A stretch of 64,000 bases of DNA, taken from positions 73,829 through 137,828 of the forward strand of contig CAJUCD010000002.1 of the NCBI GenBank assembly GCA_910585045.1. The letters are read 5' to 3'. Source of the DNA: an uncultured Bacilli bacterium (lineage in GTDB: Bacteria > Bacillota_I > Bacilli_A > RF39 > UBA660). This document shows positions 48,416-59,363 of this stretch, piece after piece. The notes under the pieces were generated by a model. The model saw only the letters and a program-made list of their open reading frames with translations, did not search any database and had not been told where the DNA came from. Position 1 is the stretch's first letter. The number at the start of each line of letters is the position of its first letter. Made by a program: the position numbers and the translations under genes.

Positions 48416-49420
48416 ATGGATGAACGAATTATTACAGCAGAAGAATTAGATTCTGATGTTTTTGAACAAAATATTAGACCTGAGTCATTAAATGAGTATA
48501 TAGGTCAAGAAGAAATAAAAGAGAATTTAAGAATTTTTATTGAAGCGGCTAAAATGCGAGGAGAGTCACTTGATCATGTGTTACTTTATGGTCCTCCAGG
48601 ACTTGGAAAAACTACTTTAGCACATATTATTGCAAATGAGCTTGGTAGTGATTTGAAAACTGCTAGTGGACCAGCATTAGAGAAAAGTGGTGATTTAGCA
48701 GCGGTTTTATCTAATTTGGAACCTGGGGATGTTTTATTTATTGATGAAATTCATAGAATGCCTAAATTTGTGGAAGAAATATTATATCCTGCTATGGAAG
48801 ATTTTGAGCTAGATATTATTGTTGGAGCAGATGGTAAGAGTAGAAGTATTAAAATAGATTTACCACCTTTTACTTTGGTAGGAGCGACTACTAGAGCTGG
48901 AGATTTATCTAGTCCATTAAGAGATAGATTTGGAATAGTTTCAAAACTTAATTATTATAAAGATACAGAGTTACAACAAATTGTTAAAAGAACAGGTAGA
49001 GTTCTTAATATGGCAATTAATGATGAAGCGGCTTTGGAAATTGCTCGGAGATGTCGTAAGACACCGAGAGTGGCTAATAGATTGTTTAAGAGAGTAAGAG
49101 ATTTTGCTTTGGTTAAAGGCACTGGAATAATAGATTATGAAATAACAATGGATAGCTTGATGAGACTTAAAGTGGATGAATTTGGATTGGATCAGGTAGA
49201 TATTGAATATTTGGAGGCTTTAATTAACAAATTTAATGGAGGACCTGTTGGTATTGAAACTATTGCTACCGCGATTGGAGAGGAAGTTACAACAATTGAG
49301 GATGTAGTTGAACCATTTTTGTTACAAGAAGGATTTATTAAAAGAACTCAAAGAGGTAGAGTAGCAACAGAAAAAGCTTATGAACATTTAAAAATAGATA
49401 AGCAAGGAGCATTGTTTTAG
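48416..49420 (+). CDS. ruvB: Holliday junction DNA helicase RuvB.
   Basis: Walker [10 protein letters not shown] and the RuvB N/C domains. Confidence 0.95.
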   Translation: MDERIITAEELDSDVFEQNIRPESLNEYIGQEEIKENLRIFIEAAKMRGESLDHVLLYGPPGLGKTTLAHIIANELGSDLKTASGPALEKSGDLAAVLSNLEPGDVLFIDEIHRMPKFVEEILYPAMEDFELDIIVGADGKSRSIKIDLPPFTLVGATTRAGDLSSPLRDRFGIVSKLNYYKDTELQQIVKRTGRVLNMAINDEAALEIARRCRKTPRVANRLFKRVRDFALVKGTGIIDYEITMDSLMRLKVDEFGLDQVDIEYLEALINKFNGGPVGIETIATAIGEEVTTIEDVVEPFLLQEGFIKRTQRGRVATEKAYEHLKIDKQGALF

Positions 49421-49429
49421 GAGATATTT

Positions 49430-49960
49430 ATGAAAATTTTACTTGGAAGTAAAAACCCTGGGAAAATAGAAGGTACTAAATTAGCATTTGAAAATTATTT
49501 TAAAGAGTTATCAATAGAGGGAGTTCCAGTTTTATCAAATGTAAGTGAAGAACCAGTAAATGAAGAAATTTATATAGGTGCTAAAAATAGAGTTGATAAT
49601 TTAGTAGAATATGCAAAAGAAGAAAATATTGATTGTGACTATTTTGTTGGTGTTGAGTCAGGAATTGCAAAAATTTTTGGTAATTGGATGATTATTAATA
49701 TAGCTGTTGTAATGGATAAGACAGGATTTTTAGGTGTTGGAACTAGTTCAGGATTTCCAGTTCCAGATAAATATGTTGAAGAAATAATTAAAACTGACCT
49801 AGGTAAAGTAATGGATAGAATATTTGATAAGAGTGATTTACGAAGTAGTAAGGGTGGAATTAGTTATTTGACTAAAGGTAAAATTACAAGAATAAATTTA
49901 ACAACTGAAGCAATTGTAATGGCTTTAACACAATTTATTAATGAGAGTATTTGGAAATAA
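49430..49960 (+). CDS. Inosine/xanthosine triphosphatase (YjjX/DUF84 family), a non-canonical purine NTP phosphatase.
   Basis: An overall alignable pattern to YjjX: LGSKNPGKI...VGVESG...KGGISYLTKGKITR. Confidence 0.55.
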   Translation: MKILLGSKNPGKIEGTKLAFENYFKELSIEGVPVLSNVSEEPVNEEIYIGAKNRVDNLVEYAKEENIDCDYFVGVESGIAKIFGNWMIINIAVVMDKTGFLGVGTSSGFPVPDKYVEEIIKTDLGKVMDRIFDKSDLRSSKGGISYLTKGKITRINLTTEAIVMALTQFINESIWK

Positions 49961-50055
49961 ATAAAGAAGGGAGTGGTAATTATGCATATATTACTACTTA
50001 TAATTGAGACTTATTTATGTTAGATTATAATTTATAACATAGAAAGGAGCTTAAT

Positions 50056-50898
50056 ATGAAAATTATAGATGGAAATCATCTTGCAAACAAGTTGAGGGAA
50101 AACTTGAAAAAAGATATAAAAGATAATGATTTATGTCCAGGACTAGCAATTATTTATGTTGGAAATAATCCTGCAAGTGAAGTTTATATACGTAATAAAT
50201 TGAAAACTTGTGTAGAGCTAGGAATTGAAGGCAATTTGTATCATTTTGAAGAAAATGCTCAGCAAGAAGAAATAATTGCCAAAATTAAAAATTTAAATGA
50301 AGATAAAAAAGTTCACGGAATTATTATTCAAAGTCCTGTTCCAAAAAAATATGATGAAGATTTATTAAATAGTTATATACTAAAAGAAAAAGATGTTGAT
50401 GGTTTTGGGATTTATAATGTCGGAAGCTTAACAGCAAATAAAGAAGAAATGTTAGCGGCTACTCCTGCAGGAGTTATTAAAATGCTAGAGAGTGAAAATA
50501 TTAAGATTAGTGGAAAACATGTAGTGATGGTTGGAAGAAGTAAAATTGTAGGGAGACCACTAGCAATGATGTTTTTAAATAGAGATGCGACTGTGACAAT
50601 AGCACATTCGAAAACAGAAAATTTAAAAGATATTACTAAATTAGCAGATATTTTAGTGGTAGCTATAGGTAAACCGTTATTTATTAAAAAAGGTTTTATA
50701 AAAAAAGGGGCAGTTGTTATTGATGTTGGTATTAATCGCCTTAGTGATAAAATAGTTGGAGATGTAGATTTTTTAGATGTTAAGAAAAAAACATCATTTA
50801 TTACACCAGTTCCAGGTGGAGTTGGACCAATGACTATTACAATGTTGCTAGCAAATGTGGTTGATAGTGCGAAAAAAGCAAAAGAAAGAGGTAAATAA
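50056..50898 (+). CDS. folD: Bifunctional methylenetetrahydrofolate dehydrogenase/cyclohydrolase.
   Basis: The FolD motifs [16 protein letters not shown] and [11 protein letters not shown]. Confidence 0.9.
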   Translation: MKIIDGNHLANKLRENLKKDIKDNDLCPGLAIIYVGNNPASEVYIRNKLKTCVELGIEGNLYHFEENAQQEEIIAKIKNLNEDKKVHGIIIQSPVPKKYDEDLLNSYILKEKDVDGFGIYNVGSLTANKEEMLAATPAGVIKMLESENIKISGKHVVMVGRSKIVGRPLAMMFLNRDATVTIAHSKTENLKDITKLADILVVAIGKPLFIKKGFIKKGAVVIDVGINRLSDKIVGDVDFLDVKKKTSFITPVPGGVGPMTITMLLANVVDSAKKAKERGK

Positions 50899-50900
50899 TA

Positions 50901-52124
50901 ATGGATAAAAAAATAAAAGAAGCTTTAGAAAAAGAAATGAAAAGGCAACAAAATAATGTTGAACTTATTGCGTCTGAGAATTATGTTTCAAAGAGTGTTT
51001 TGGAATTACAGGGAAGTATATTTACAAATAAGTATGCTGAGGGTTATCCAAAAAAAAGATATTATGGTGGATGTGTTAATGTTGATACTGTAGAGGAATT
51101 AGCAATTTCTTATGTTACAGAGTTGTTTGGTGCTAAATATGCTAATGTGCAACCTCATAGTGGTTCTAGTGCTAATATGGCAGTGTATAGAGCATTATTA
51201 ACTCCTGGTGATAAAGTTTTGGGAATGAATTTAAGCCATGGTGGACATTTAACACATGGACATACAATTAATTTTAGTGGTATGGATTATGAATTTGTGG
51301 CTTATAATTTAAATAGTGAAACTGAAATGTTAGATTATGAAGAAATTCGTGAGATTGCTTTAAGAGAGAAGCCTAAAATGATTGTAGCAGGTGCTAGTGC
51401 TTATTCAAGAGAAATTGATTTTAAAAAGTTTAGAAGTATTGCTGATGAAGTTGGAGCTTTGTTATTTGTAGATATGGCTCATATAGCAGGTTTAGTAGCA
51501 GCAGGTTTACATCAAAATCCGGTTTTATATGCTGATGTAGTTTCTTCAACAACTCATAAAACTCTTAGAGGGCCAAGAGGGGGAATAATTTTAACTAATG
51601 ATGAAGAAATTATTAAAAAAATTAATAAAGTAGTATTCCCTGGTATTCAAGGTGGTCCATTAATGCATGTTATTGCAGCTAAGGCTCAATGCTTTTATGA
51701 AGCTTTACAACCTGATTTTAAAGAATATGCGAAACAAATTATTAAAAATACAGCAGTTTTAGCAGATACTTTAAAAGATAAAGGATTTAAATTAGTTTCA
51801 GGTGGTACTGATAATCATTTAATCTTAGTTAATGTTAAAGAATCTATTGGTATTACTGGTCAAGAGGCAGAGAATATTTTAGATGAAATATATATAACTG
51901 TTAATAAGAATACTGTTCCTAATGAGACTGAATCTCCTCAAAAAACTAGTGGAATTCGTGTTGGTGCAGCAGCGATGACTACAAGAGGTTTAAAAGAGGC
52001 AGAATTTAAAAAGATTGGTGAAATTATAGCGGAAGCTCTTAGAAATAAAGACGATCATGATGTTTTAGAAAAACTTGGTAAAGAAGTTTTAGAATTAACA
52101 GATAATTTTCCGATTTATAAATAG
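50901..52124 (+). CDS. glyA: Serine hydroxymethyltransferase.
   Basis: The PLP-site signature [14 protein letters not shown]. Confidence 0.95.
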   Translation: MDKKIKEALEKEMKRQQNNVELIASENYVSKSVLELQGSIFTNKYAEGYPKKRYYGGCVNVDTVEELAISYVTELFGAKYANVQPHSGSSANMAVYRALLTPGDKVLGMNLSHGGHLTHGHTINFSGMDYEFVAYNLNSETEMLDYEEIREIALREKPKMIVAGASAYSREIDFKKFRSIADEVGALLFVDMAHIAGLVAAGLHQNPVLYADVVSSTTHKTLRGPRGGIILTNDEEIIKKINKVVFPGIQGGPLMHVIAAKAQCFYEALQPDFKEYAKQIIKNTAVLADTLKDKGFKLVSGGTDNHLILVNVKESIGITGQEAENILDEIYITVNKNTVPNETESPQKTSGIRVGAAAMTTRGLKEAEFKKIGEIIAEALRNKDDHDVLEKLGKEVLELTDNFPIYK

Positions 52125-52136
52125 GAGTGATGCAAA

Positions 52137-52808
52137 TTGAGTAAAGGCAAGTTAATTGTTATTGAAGGAACAGATTGTTCTGGCAAACAAACACAAAGTG
52201 AATTATTAGCACAGAATATGCGAGAAATCGGATATAAAGTAGTGAGTTTTAGTTTTCCAAATTATGCATCGCCAACAGGGCAAATAATTGGAGAAGCTTA
52301 TTTGGGCAAAAGTGGTAATTCAGTATTTAGTGAGGGAATAGAAAATGTTGACCCGAAAATTTCTAGTCTTTACTATGCAGCGGATAGAGTGTATAATATT
52401 GAAGTCATTAAAAATTATTTGGATAATGATTATATTGTTATTTTAAATAGATATGTTGAGTCTAATATGGCTTTTCAAGGTGGTAAAATTAAAGATATAA
52501 AAGAAAGAAATATGATGTATGAATGGTTAGATAATCTAGAATTTGTATTGTTAGAATTACCAAGACCAGATTTAGTAATATTTCTTTATTTACCATATGA
52601 ACATGTTTGTATGTTAAAAGAAAAAAGAGGAGAAAAAGCTAATCATAATATGCTTAGAATGGCAGAGATTGCTTATGTTGAATTAGCAAATATTTATGAT
52701 TACTTAAAAATTAATTGCTTAAATAATGCAACTCTTAGACCAATTAATGATATTGCAAAAGAGATATTAGGCAAAGTAGAATTATTTTTAAAGATGGAAG
52801 TGAAATAA
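52137..52808 (+). CDS. tmk: Thymidylate kinase-like P-loop kinase.
   Basis: [15 protein letters not shown] is a P-loop. It has the dTMP-kinase-like size. TTG start with an AGGAGTGA RBS. Confidence 0.55.
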   Translation: MSKGKLIVIEGTDCSGKQTQSELLAQNMREIGYKVVSFSFPNYASPTGQIIGEAYLGKSGNSVFSEGIENVDPKISSLYYAADRVYNIEVIKNYLDNDYIVILNRYVESNMAFQGGKIKDIKERNMMYEWLDNLEFVLLELPRPDLVIFLYLPYEHVCMLKEKRGEKANHNMLRMAEIAYVELANIYDYLKINCLNNATLRPINDIAKEILGKVELFLKMEVK

Positions 52809-53830
52809 TGAATTTAAGTGACTTTGATTATGAATTACCTTCGGAGTTGATTGCCCAGACTCCATTAAAAAAAAGAGATGAATCTAAATTATTAGTACTT
52901 GATAAAATGACAGGAAGTATTAATCATAAACATTTTGAGAGTATTATTGATGAACTTAATTCAGGAGATGTTTTAGTTTTAAATGATACAAAAGTTATTC
53001 CAGCACGATTAATAGGTGTAAAATCTGAGACAGGTGCTGTCATTGAACTTTTATTGTTAAAAGATTTAGGTGAGGATAACTGGGAGTGTTTGGCGAGACC
53101 TGCTAAGAGATTAAAGGTAGGTACAATTATTACTTTCAGTGAAGAATTACAAGCTAAAGTGTTAGAGAAATTAGATGAAGGTTTAGTACATGTTGAATTG
53201 ATATATAAGGGCATTTTGATGGAAATCTTAGATAGATTAGGAGAAATGCCGCTTCCTCCTTATATTCATGAACATTTAGAAGATAAAAATCGTTATCAGA
53301 CTGTTTATGCTAAGAATGTTGGGAGTGCAGCAGCACCTACGGCAGGTCTTCATTTTACAGAAGAACTTTTAGAAAAAGTGGAATCTAAAGGTGTTGAAAT
53401 ATTATTTGTTACTTTACATGTAGGTTTAGGAACATTTAGACCTGTAGAAGTGGATAACATCTTAGAGCATCATATGCATAGTGAGTATTATCAAATGACT
53501 GATATTGTGGCTGAAAAACTAAATAAAGCTAAAAAAGAGCATAGAAAAATATATGCAGTTGGAACAACAACAACTAGAGTTTTGGAAACAATAGCTCATA
53601 AATATGAACAGTTTAAAGCTTGTAGTGGAAATACTGAGATATTTATATATCCTGGTTATGAATTTAAAGCTATTAATGGTCTTATAACTAATTTCCATTT
53701 ACCTAAATCAACATTGTTAATGTTAGTGAGTGCTCTTTCAACAAGAGAAATTATTTTAAATGCTTATAAGGAAGCAATAAAAAATAAATATCGTTTTTTC
53801 TCGTTTGGTGATGCAATGTTTATAAAATAG
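52808..53830 (+). CDS. queA: S-adenosylmethionine:tRNA ribosyltransferase-isomerase.
   Basis: N-terminus [15 protein letters not shown], and the GLHFTEELL motif. Confidence 0.9.
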   Translation: MNLSDFDYELPSELIAQTPLKKRDESKLLVLDKMTGSINHKHFESIIDELNSGDVLVLNDTKVIPARLIGVKSETGAVIELLLLKDLGEDNWECLARPAKRLKVGTIITFSEELQAKVLEKLDEGLVHVELIYKGILMEILDRLGEMPLPPYIHEHLEDKNRYQTVYAKNVGSAAAPTAGLHFTEELLEKVESKGVEILFVTLHVGLGTFRPVEVDNILEHHMHSEYYQMTDIVAEKLNKAKKEHRKIYAVGTTTTRVLETIAHKYEQFKACSGNTEIFIYPGYEFKAINGLITNFHLPKSTLLMLVSALSTREIILNAYKEAIKNKYRFFSFGDAMFIK

Positions 53831-53901
53831 ATAATTAGTAAAAAAAGCATTTTCTTTTTTAGAGAATGCTTTTTAGTTTTAAAAAATATAATTTGGTTAA
53901 A

Positions 53902-54372
53902 CTAGTCTAAATAAATAGGATTGTCAACTTTTCCTAAAAGATAGTCTGCTGATAAATTATTTTTTTGACAGATATTATATAAGTATGTCGTTAAAATTTT
54001 ATTTTTATCATTGAGATAAGCCCATATAGTAGAAACTGTTGTGCCAGCATCAATAGCCAGCGATTCTAATTTCAGATGATTTTTTTCTTTAAAATTTTTG
54101 AGGTTTTCTGATAATTTGTTAAAGTTCATTGGCTTATATTCTATATTACTTTTCTCAGTATAAAAGTTGAATAGATAATCTATTCCTATATTATAAAAGT
54201 TAGCTATTAAGTCAAGTTTTTCTAAAGGGATTTCTACTCTAGCTGATTCCCAGTTTGCATAAGTTGCTCTTTTAATATTTAATTTTAAGCATAAATCTTC
54301 TTGCTTTAACTTTTGCTCAATTCTTAAATAATGAAGTTTATTAGCTATAATTATAAGAGGTTCGTTTTTCAT
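53902..54372 (-). CDS. XRE-family regulator with two tandem HTH_XRE domains (R2, paralog of 17711..18163).
   Basis: Two HTH units. The shared C-terminus LSADYLLGKVDNPIYL. Confidence 0.7.
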   Translation of the reverse strand: MKNEPLIIIANKLHYLRIEQKLKQEDLCLKLNIKRATYANWESARVEIPLEKLDLIANFYNIGIDYLFNFYTEKSNIEYKPMNFNKLSENLKNFKEKNHLKLESLAIDAGTTVSTIWAYLNDKNKILTTYLYNICQKNNLSADYLLGKVDNPIYLD

Positions 54373-54455
54373 TATACATCACAGATTAATTGTCTCATTT
54401 TAGCGTTTAAAAATGAATTGTCAAAACTCATATGTGCTCGTTCACGAAAAAAAAC

Positions 54456-54484
54456 TTGACAAATAGTATAGGTGATATTATAAT
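54456..54484 (+). promoter_or_regulatory. Consensus sigma-A promoter TTGACA-N17-TATAAT for secreted-protein paralog B.
   Basis: Exact hexamers. Preceded by an A8 tract. Confidence 0.6.
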
Positions 54485-54515
54485 TTTAGTATAAATGATA
54501 AATTTCTAATATAAT

Positions 54516-54525
54516 TGAGCGCTCA
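54516..54525 (+). promoter_or_regulatory. Perfect 10-bp GC-rich palindrome TGAGCGCTCA between the promoter and the RBS of paralog B. Candidate operator for the divergent XRE regulator.
   Basis: It is its own reverse complement. It stands out in the roughly 80% AT intergenic context. Confidence 0.35.
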
Positions 54526-54556
54526 TTATTTAGAATCAGAGAAAAGAGGATAAATA

Positions 54557-55828
54557 ATGAAATTAGAAAAGTTAGGTAAAAATTATAGAAAAGAAGTAAT
54601 AGGAGGTTTGATAGTAATAAGTGTAATAGGAGTATTAGGATTTAATTTAACAAAAGCTAAGTATCAGAATATTGAAGATATAGAATTAGTAAAAGGCGAA
54701 GTTAATTATAAATTACCAGATTTTAAAATGATGGCAATGTATAAAAGTGATGATGGCAGTTATGAAGAAGTAAGTGAATTACCAGGAAATAACTATAAGA
54801 TAAATGAAAGTAAGAGTTATTGTACAATAAATAATGTAGATAAAGATAATAGTGCAAAACTATATACAGATAAATATGGCCAACATGTAATAGGAAATAT
54901 AAGCAAGAACGATAAATGCTATTTATATTTTGATAAGAATACAGAAGTAGTAAGTACAGTCTTAGGAAATATTGAAGTAAATAACTATACTCCAGACTTT
55001 AGTGTAACAGCAACAACAGATGAAGGAATATTTAAAGCTGAAGATAATGATGGAGTAAGCTATTACTGGAGGGGAGCAGCAACTACAAACTATTTAAAGT
55101 TTGGCGGATATTGTTGGCGCATAATTCGTATTAACGGTGATGGAACGATGAGATTAATCTATGATGGAACAACATGCCATAAAAATGGCGAAGTAACAAC
55201 AGATAGTATAGCAGTAGCAAATATAGCGTACAATGCAGCATTTGGCAAGTCAGAATATGTAGGATGGACATATACTGAGGGCTTACAAAGGCCAAATAGT
55301 ACAATAGAAGGAACAAATGCACCAATTAAAACAGTTCTGGAAAATTGGTATAACAATAATTTAAAGAGCTATGAAGAAAAAATAGCAGATGGAAAATTTT
55401 GTAATGATAGAAACGTTCAAAGTGGGCAAAGTTGGTTAAGCACATCAAGTAATACATACTATTACGCACCCAGCGCAAGAACATATACAAATTATGCACC
55501 AACACTATGCTGCACAGTGCTAGATACATATATATTAAAAGTAGGACTTATAATATCAGATGAAGTAATGTATGCTGGAGGCAAAAATGTTGACAATGAC
55601 TCATACTACCTATATAATGGCCAGAATTATTGGACTATGACTCCACACAGTTGGCTTGTAGGAACAGTTGCCAGTTGGGTTTGGGCGTTCTATGTACATT
55701 CAACTGGCTACTTCAATGCTTACGGAGTAGACAATAAGTTTGGTGTGCGCCCTGTAATAAATTTGCGTTCTGATATTAAGATTTCTGGAAATGGAACAAA
55801 GGATAATCCATATGTTGTTTTAAATTAG
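54557..55828 (+). CDS. Secreted/membrane-anchored protein, paralog B of the RPxINL...SGNGTKDNPY family.
   Basis: Signal anchor. The blocks YYWRGAATTNYLKFGGYCWRIIRINGDGT, YAGG, SYYLYNG, and the C-terminal GVRPVINLRSDIKISGNGTKDNPYVVLN. Confidence 0.6.
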   Translation: MKLEKLGKNYRKEVIGGLIVISVIGVLGFNLTKAKYQNIEDIELVKGEVNYKLPDFKMMAMYKSDDGSYEEVSELPGNNYKINESKSYCTINNVDKDNSAKLYTDKYGQHVIGNISKNDKCYLYFDKNTEVVSTVLGNIEVNNYTPDFSVTATTDEGIFKAEDNDGVSYYWRGAATTNYLKFGGYCWRIIRINGDGTMRLIYDGTTCHKNGEVTTDSIAVANIAYNAAFGKSEYVGWTYTEGLQRPNSTIEGTNAPIKTVLENWYNNNLKSYEEKIADGKFCNDRNVQSGQSWLSTSSNTYYYAPSARTYTNYAPTLCCTVLDTYILKVGLIISDEVMYAGGKNVDNDSYYLYNGQNYWTMTPHSWLVGTVASWVWAFYVHSTGYFNAYGVDNKFGVRPVINLRSDIKISGNGTKDNPYVVLN

Positions 55829-55914
55829 AGAAATATGATAAAAAAAATAAAAGATAGGCATTGATTCTTTTATTTTTTTGTTTTTAATGATATAATTTTC
55901 TTAGGTGGTTATGT

Positions 55915-56445
55915 ATGAAAATTTATTTAGTTGCAGGTAAAAGTGGTAGTGGAAAAGGTGAAGTTGCAAAACTTATTAAAAAGTATTATATTTCTAAAAA
56001 AGCAAAACCTTTTATTACTGAATATAGTAAATATTTAAAGATGTACGCCAAAGATATTTTGAATTGGGATGGTGGAGAACCTAAACCTCGTAAATTTTTG
56101 CAAGATATAGGTGTTACTATAAGAGAAAATATGGATATGCCAAAAATGCTTATTAATAGAATGATTGAAGATATAAAGATTTATGATTTATATTATGATG
56201 TAGTAATTATTAGTGATGTTAGATATCCAGAAGAAATTGAAGAAATGAAAAAACATTTTAATGATGTTAAAGCTATATATGTGATTAATCAATTTGGACC
56301 TAGTAAACTAGCTTTAAATGAGCAAATGCATGTTACGGAGACTGCATTAGAGAATTATGGTAATTTTGATATAACTTTAACTAATGATACTTTAGATACA
56401 TTAGATAATAAAATTTATAATTATTTAGATAGTGAGGGAGAGTAA
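55915..56445 (+). CDS. P-loop kinase, deoxynucleoside-monophosphate-kinase-like.
   Basis: Walker A VAGKSGSGKG. Small size of 176 aa. GGTGG RBS. Confidence 0.4.
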   Translation: MKIYLVAGKSGSGKGEVAKLIKKYYISKKAKPFITEYSKYLKMYAKDILNWDGGEPKPRKFLQDIGVTIRENMDMPKMLINRMIEDIKIYDLYYDVVIISDVRYPEEIEEMKKHFNDVKAIYVINQFGPSKLALNEQMHVTETALENYGNFDITLTNDTLDTLDNKIYNYLDSEGE

Positions 56446-58197
56446 ATGAATTTAAAAGATGCATATATAAATTATTTTAAAAAACATGGGCATGTACAAA
56501 TTCCTAGTGCACCATTGATACCAGAAAATGATCCATCTGTTTTATTTAATACAGCTGGAATGCAACCTTTAATTCCATATTTAATGGGTAAAGAACATCC
56601 AGAAGGAAAAAGGCTAGTAGACTATCAAAAGTGTGTAAGACTTACAGATTTAGATAGTATTGGAGATAAAACTCATCATACTTTCTTTGAAATGTTAGGT
56701 AATTGGAGTTTAGGAGATTATTTTAAAAAGGAAAGTATTCAATATAGCTATGAGTTTTTGACAGAGACTTTAAATATTCCAGTGGAAAAATTAGCGGTGA
56801 CAGTTTTTGCGGGAAATGATGATATTCCACGTGATGAAGTTAGTGCTGATGTTTGGCGTAGTTTAGGAATTAGTGAAGATAGAATTGCTTATCTTGGAGT
56901 AGAAGATAACTTCTGGATTGCAGGAGAATCTGGTCCTTGTGGTGGCGATACAGAAATCTTTTATTTTAGAAGTACTGATGAAGTTCCAGCTGAATTTGAC
57001 CCTAAAGATGAACGTTGGGTGGAAATTTGGAATAATGTTTTTATGGAATTTAATAAGGATGAAAATGGTAAAATAACTGAACTTCCTAGTAAAAATGTTG
57101 ATACAGGAATGGGTTTAGAACGTGTTGTAGCAGTACTTGAGGGTGTAGATGATAATTATAAAACTTCTATTTGGAAAGAAATCATAGAGACTATAGAAAT
57201 GGTTAGTAAAAAAACTTATGTTGGTAATGAGCTTAGTATGCGAATTATTGCTGATCATATTAGAACTAGTGTATTTATAGCTGCTGATAGAGCGTTAGTT
57301 AAACCTAGTAATACAGATCAAGGATATATTTTAAGACGTTTAATTAGAAGGGCTATTCGTCATGGTAAAAAATTAGAAATTGATATGAATAGTGATTGGC
57401 TTGCTATAATTGCTAAGGAAGTAATTAAGAAGTATGAGAACTATTATAGTGAAATTAAAGATAATAAAGAGATAGTTTTAGATGTATTAAGAAATGAAAG
57501 TTTAAAATTTAATCGAACTTTAGAAAAGGGTTTGAGGGAATTTGCTAAAATGTTGAAACATTTAGATGGTAATATAATTGATAAAGATAATGCTTTTAAA
57601 TTATATGATACTTATGGTTTTCCAATTGAACTTACAGAAGAAATGGCAACTGAGCATAATATGAGTGTTGATGTTGAAGGTTTTTATGATAAATTTAGGG
57701 CTCATCAAGAAAAGTCACGTACAGCTAGTGCAGGTAAGTTTAAAGGTGGTTTAGCTGGTGATGGAGAAACTGAAACAAAGTATCATACAGCAACTCATCT
57801 ACTTAACGCAGCATTAAAAATAGTTGTAGGACCTGACGTTCATCAAAGAGGAAGTAATATTACTCCTGAGAGAATGCGTTTTGATTTTTCTTGTGATCAT
57901 AAGCTAACTGATGAAGAAAAACATGAAGTAGAGAAGTTAGTTAATGATTGGATAAAAGCAGATATTCCAGTAACTATGGAAACTATGGCTAAAGACGAAG
58001 CTGTAAAAAGTGGAGCAGAGGCTATGTTTATTGAAAAGTATGCTGATATTGTTAATGTTTATAGTATTGGTGATGTTTCAAAGGAGATTTGTGGAGGACC
58101 ACATGTTAATAGTACTAGTGAATTAGGTGTATTTAGAATTAAAAAAGAAGAAGCTAGTAGTGCTGGTGTTAGAAGAATAAAGGCTGTATTAGAATAG
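56446..58197 (+). CDS. alaS: Alanine--tRNA ligase, unusually short at 583 aa. The catalytic, tRNA-recognition and core editing motifs are present. The C-Ala domain and the editing beta-barrel subdomain are absent.
   Basis: N-terminal motifs PLIPENDPSVLFNTAGMQP...HHTFFEMLGNWS. Editing motifs HTATHLLN and CGGPHV. The protein ends at GVRRIKAVLE. Confidence 0.75.
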   Translation: MNLKDAYINYFKKHGHVQIPSAPLIPENDPSVLFNTAGMQPLIPYLMGKEHPEGKRLVDYQKCVRLTDLDSIGDKTHHTFFEMLGNWSLGDYFKKESIQYSYEFLTETLNIPVEKLAVTVFAGNDDIPRDEVSADVWRSLGISEDRIAYLGVEDNFWIAGESGPCGGDTEIFYFRSTDEVPAEFDPKDERWVEIWNNVFMEFNKDENGKITELPSKNVDTGMGLERVVAVLEGVDDNYKTSIWKEIIETIEMVSKKTYVGNELSMRIIADHIRTSVFIAADRALVKPSNTDQGYILRRLIRRAIRHGKKLEIDMNSDWLAIIAKEVIKKYENYYSEIKDNKEIVLDVLRNESLKFNRTLEKGLREFAKMLKHLDGNIIDKDNAFKLYDTYGFPIELTEEMATEHNMSVDVEGFYDKFRAHQEKSRTASAGKFKGGLAGDGETETKYHTATHLLNAALKIVVGPDVHQRGSNITPERMRFDFSCDHKLTDEEKHEVEKLVNDWIKADIPVTMETMAKDEAVKSGAEAMFIEKYADIVNVYSIGDVSKEICGGPHVNSTSELGVFRIKKEEASSAGVRRIKAVLE

Positions 58198-58256
58198 TCT
58201 TTATTTTTTATTTAAAATATGGTATGATATAAAAGAATAAGAAAAAGGTGAAGTTG

Positions 58257-59363
58257 ATGAAAATACTTAGTATTGGTAGAACTAGTTACGATATTGCATG
58301 TCCTGTTGAAGAATATCCTGTTGAGGGAACGAAGTATTTTTTGAACGAGAAAATTGAATCTGGTGGAGGAACAGCAGCAAATGTAGCCTATTTATTAGGT
58401 AGATGGGGTGAGACTTCTTATTTTGCGGGAGTTTATGGTTCTGATGATTATGGTACAAGAATAAAAAAAGAATTGGAACAAGCAATGGTTAAAACAGATT
58501 TAATGGAAATTTCATATGAGGTTGGTACACCATTGTCTGTAATTTTAGTTAATAAGAAAAAAGGTACAAGAACGCGTTTTGATGTAGTGGGAGCAACACA
58601 ACCTCAATTAAAAAAGTATGAATATACTATAGTTCCAGATGTTGTATTTTCGGATGGTAAAGAGTATGCTGCAACTATTAATGCATTAAATAAATTTCCA
58701 AATGCAATTAGTATTGTAGATGCAGGTCGAGTAGATAGAGATTTGTTAGAACTTTGTAAATATGTTAAATATATAGTATGTTCTAAAGGATTTGCTGAAA
58801 AAGTAAGTGGTTTAAAAATAGATTTTGATAATTCTTTAAGTTTAGTTAATGTTTATAAGAAACTTAAAGATAGATACCCTAATAATGAAATAGTTGTTAC
58901 TTTAGAAAGTATGGGAGCTATGTATTCAGTTAATGGTGAAATAAAAATTATGCCAGGTATTAAGACTAAAGTAATTGACCCTAGTTGTTCTGGAGATATT
59001 TTTCACGGAGCTTTTGCTTATTGTTTAGCTAATGGTTTTGATATAGAAAAAACTGTAACATATTCAAATATAGCAGCAGGGCTTTCGGTTGGTAAAATGG
59101 GTGGAAGATCTTCTATTCCTGCAATTAAAGAAGTAATTAATTATTATAATAAAAAGTTTAATATAGAAGCTGTACAAGAAGAGGAAGAAGTTGTTGAAGA
59201 AACTGTAGTTCAGGAAGTATTACCAGAAATACCTGATGCTGCAACATTTAAGATTCCAGAAGTTATTCCTGCATCTAATATGGCAGAAGCAATGTTTTCA
59301 ATTGGAGGAGCAACAATTCCAGTTGTAGAAGCAGGTAATTCAAATAATAATGTTTCACAGTAA
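58257..59363 (+). CDS. PfkB-family carbohydrate/nucleoside kinase with an acidic C-terminal extension of about 75 aa.
   Basis: GGGTAANVAYLLG and the anion-hole motif DPSCSGDIFHGAFA. RBS GGTGAAG before the ATG at 58257. Confidence 0.7.
   Translation: MKILSIGRTSYDIACPVEEYPVEGTKYFLNEKIESGGGTAANVAYLLGRWGETSYFAGVYGSDDYGTRIKKELEQAMVKTDLMEISYEVGTPLSVILVNKKKGTRTRFDVVGATQPQLKKYEYTIVPDVVFSDGKEYAATINALNKFPNAISIVDAGRVDRDLLELCKYVKYIVCSKGFAEKVSGLKIDFDNSLSLVNVYKKLKDRYPNNEIVVTLESMGAMYSVNGEIKIMPGIKTKVIDPSCSGDIFHGAFAYCLANGFDIEKTVTYSNIAAGLSVGKMGGRSSIPAIKEVINYYNKKFNIEAVQEEEEVVEETVVQEVLPEIPDAATFKIPEVIPASNMAEAMFSIGGATIPVVEAGNSNNNVSQ

Noticed and set aside
55131-55529. Three overlapping minus-strand ORFs inside family copy B.
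   Set aside because: They are antisense frames of a confidently called + strand gene. Their His/Leu-rich composition comes from the reverse complement of Trp/Asn/Tyr-rich coding sequence.
55829-56445. I looked for a T-box riboswitch leader upstream of alaS.
   Set aside because: The region is occupied by a P-loop kinase ORF whose stop abuts the alaS ATG. No specifier-loop or T-box antiterminator motif could be placed. Absence noted, no feature called.
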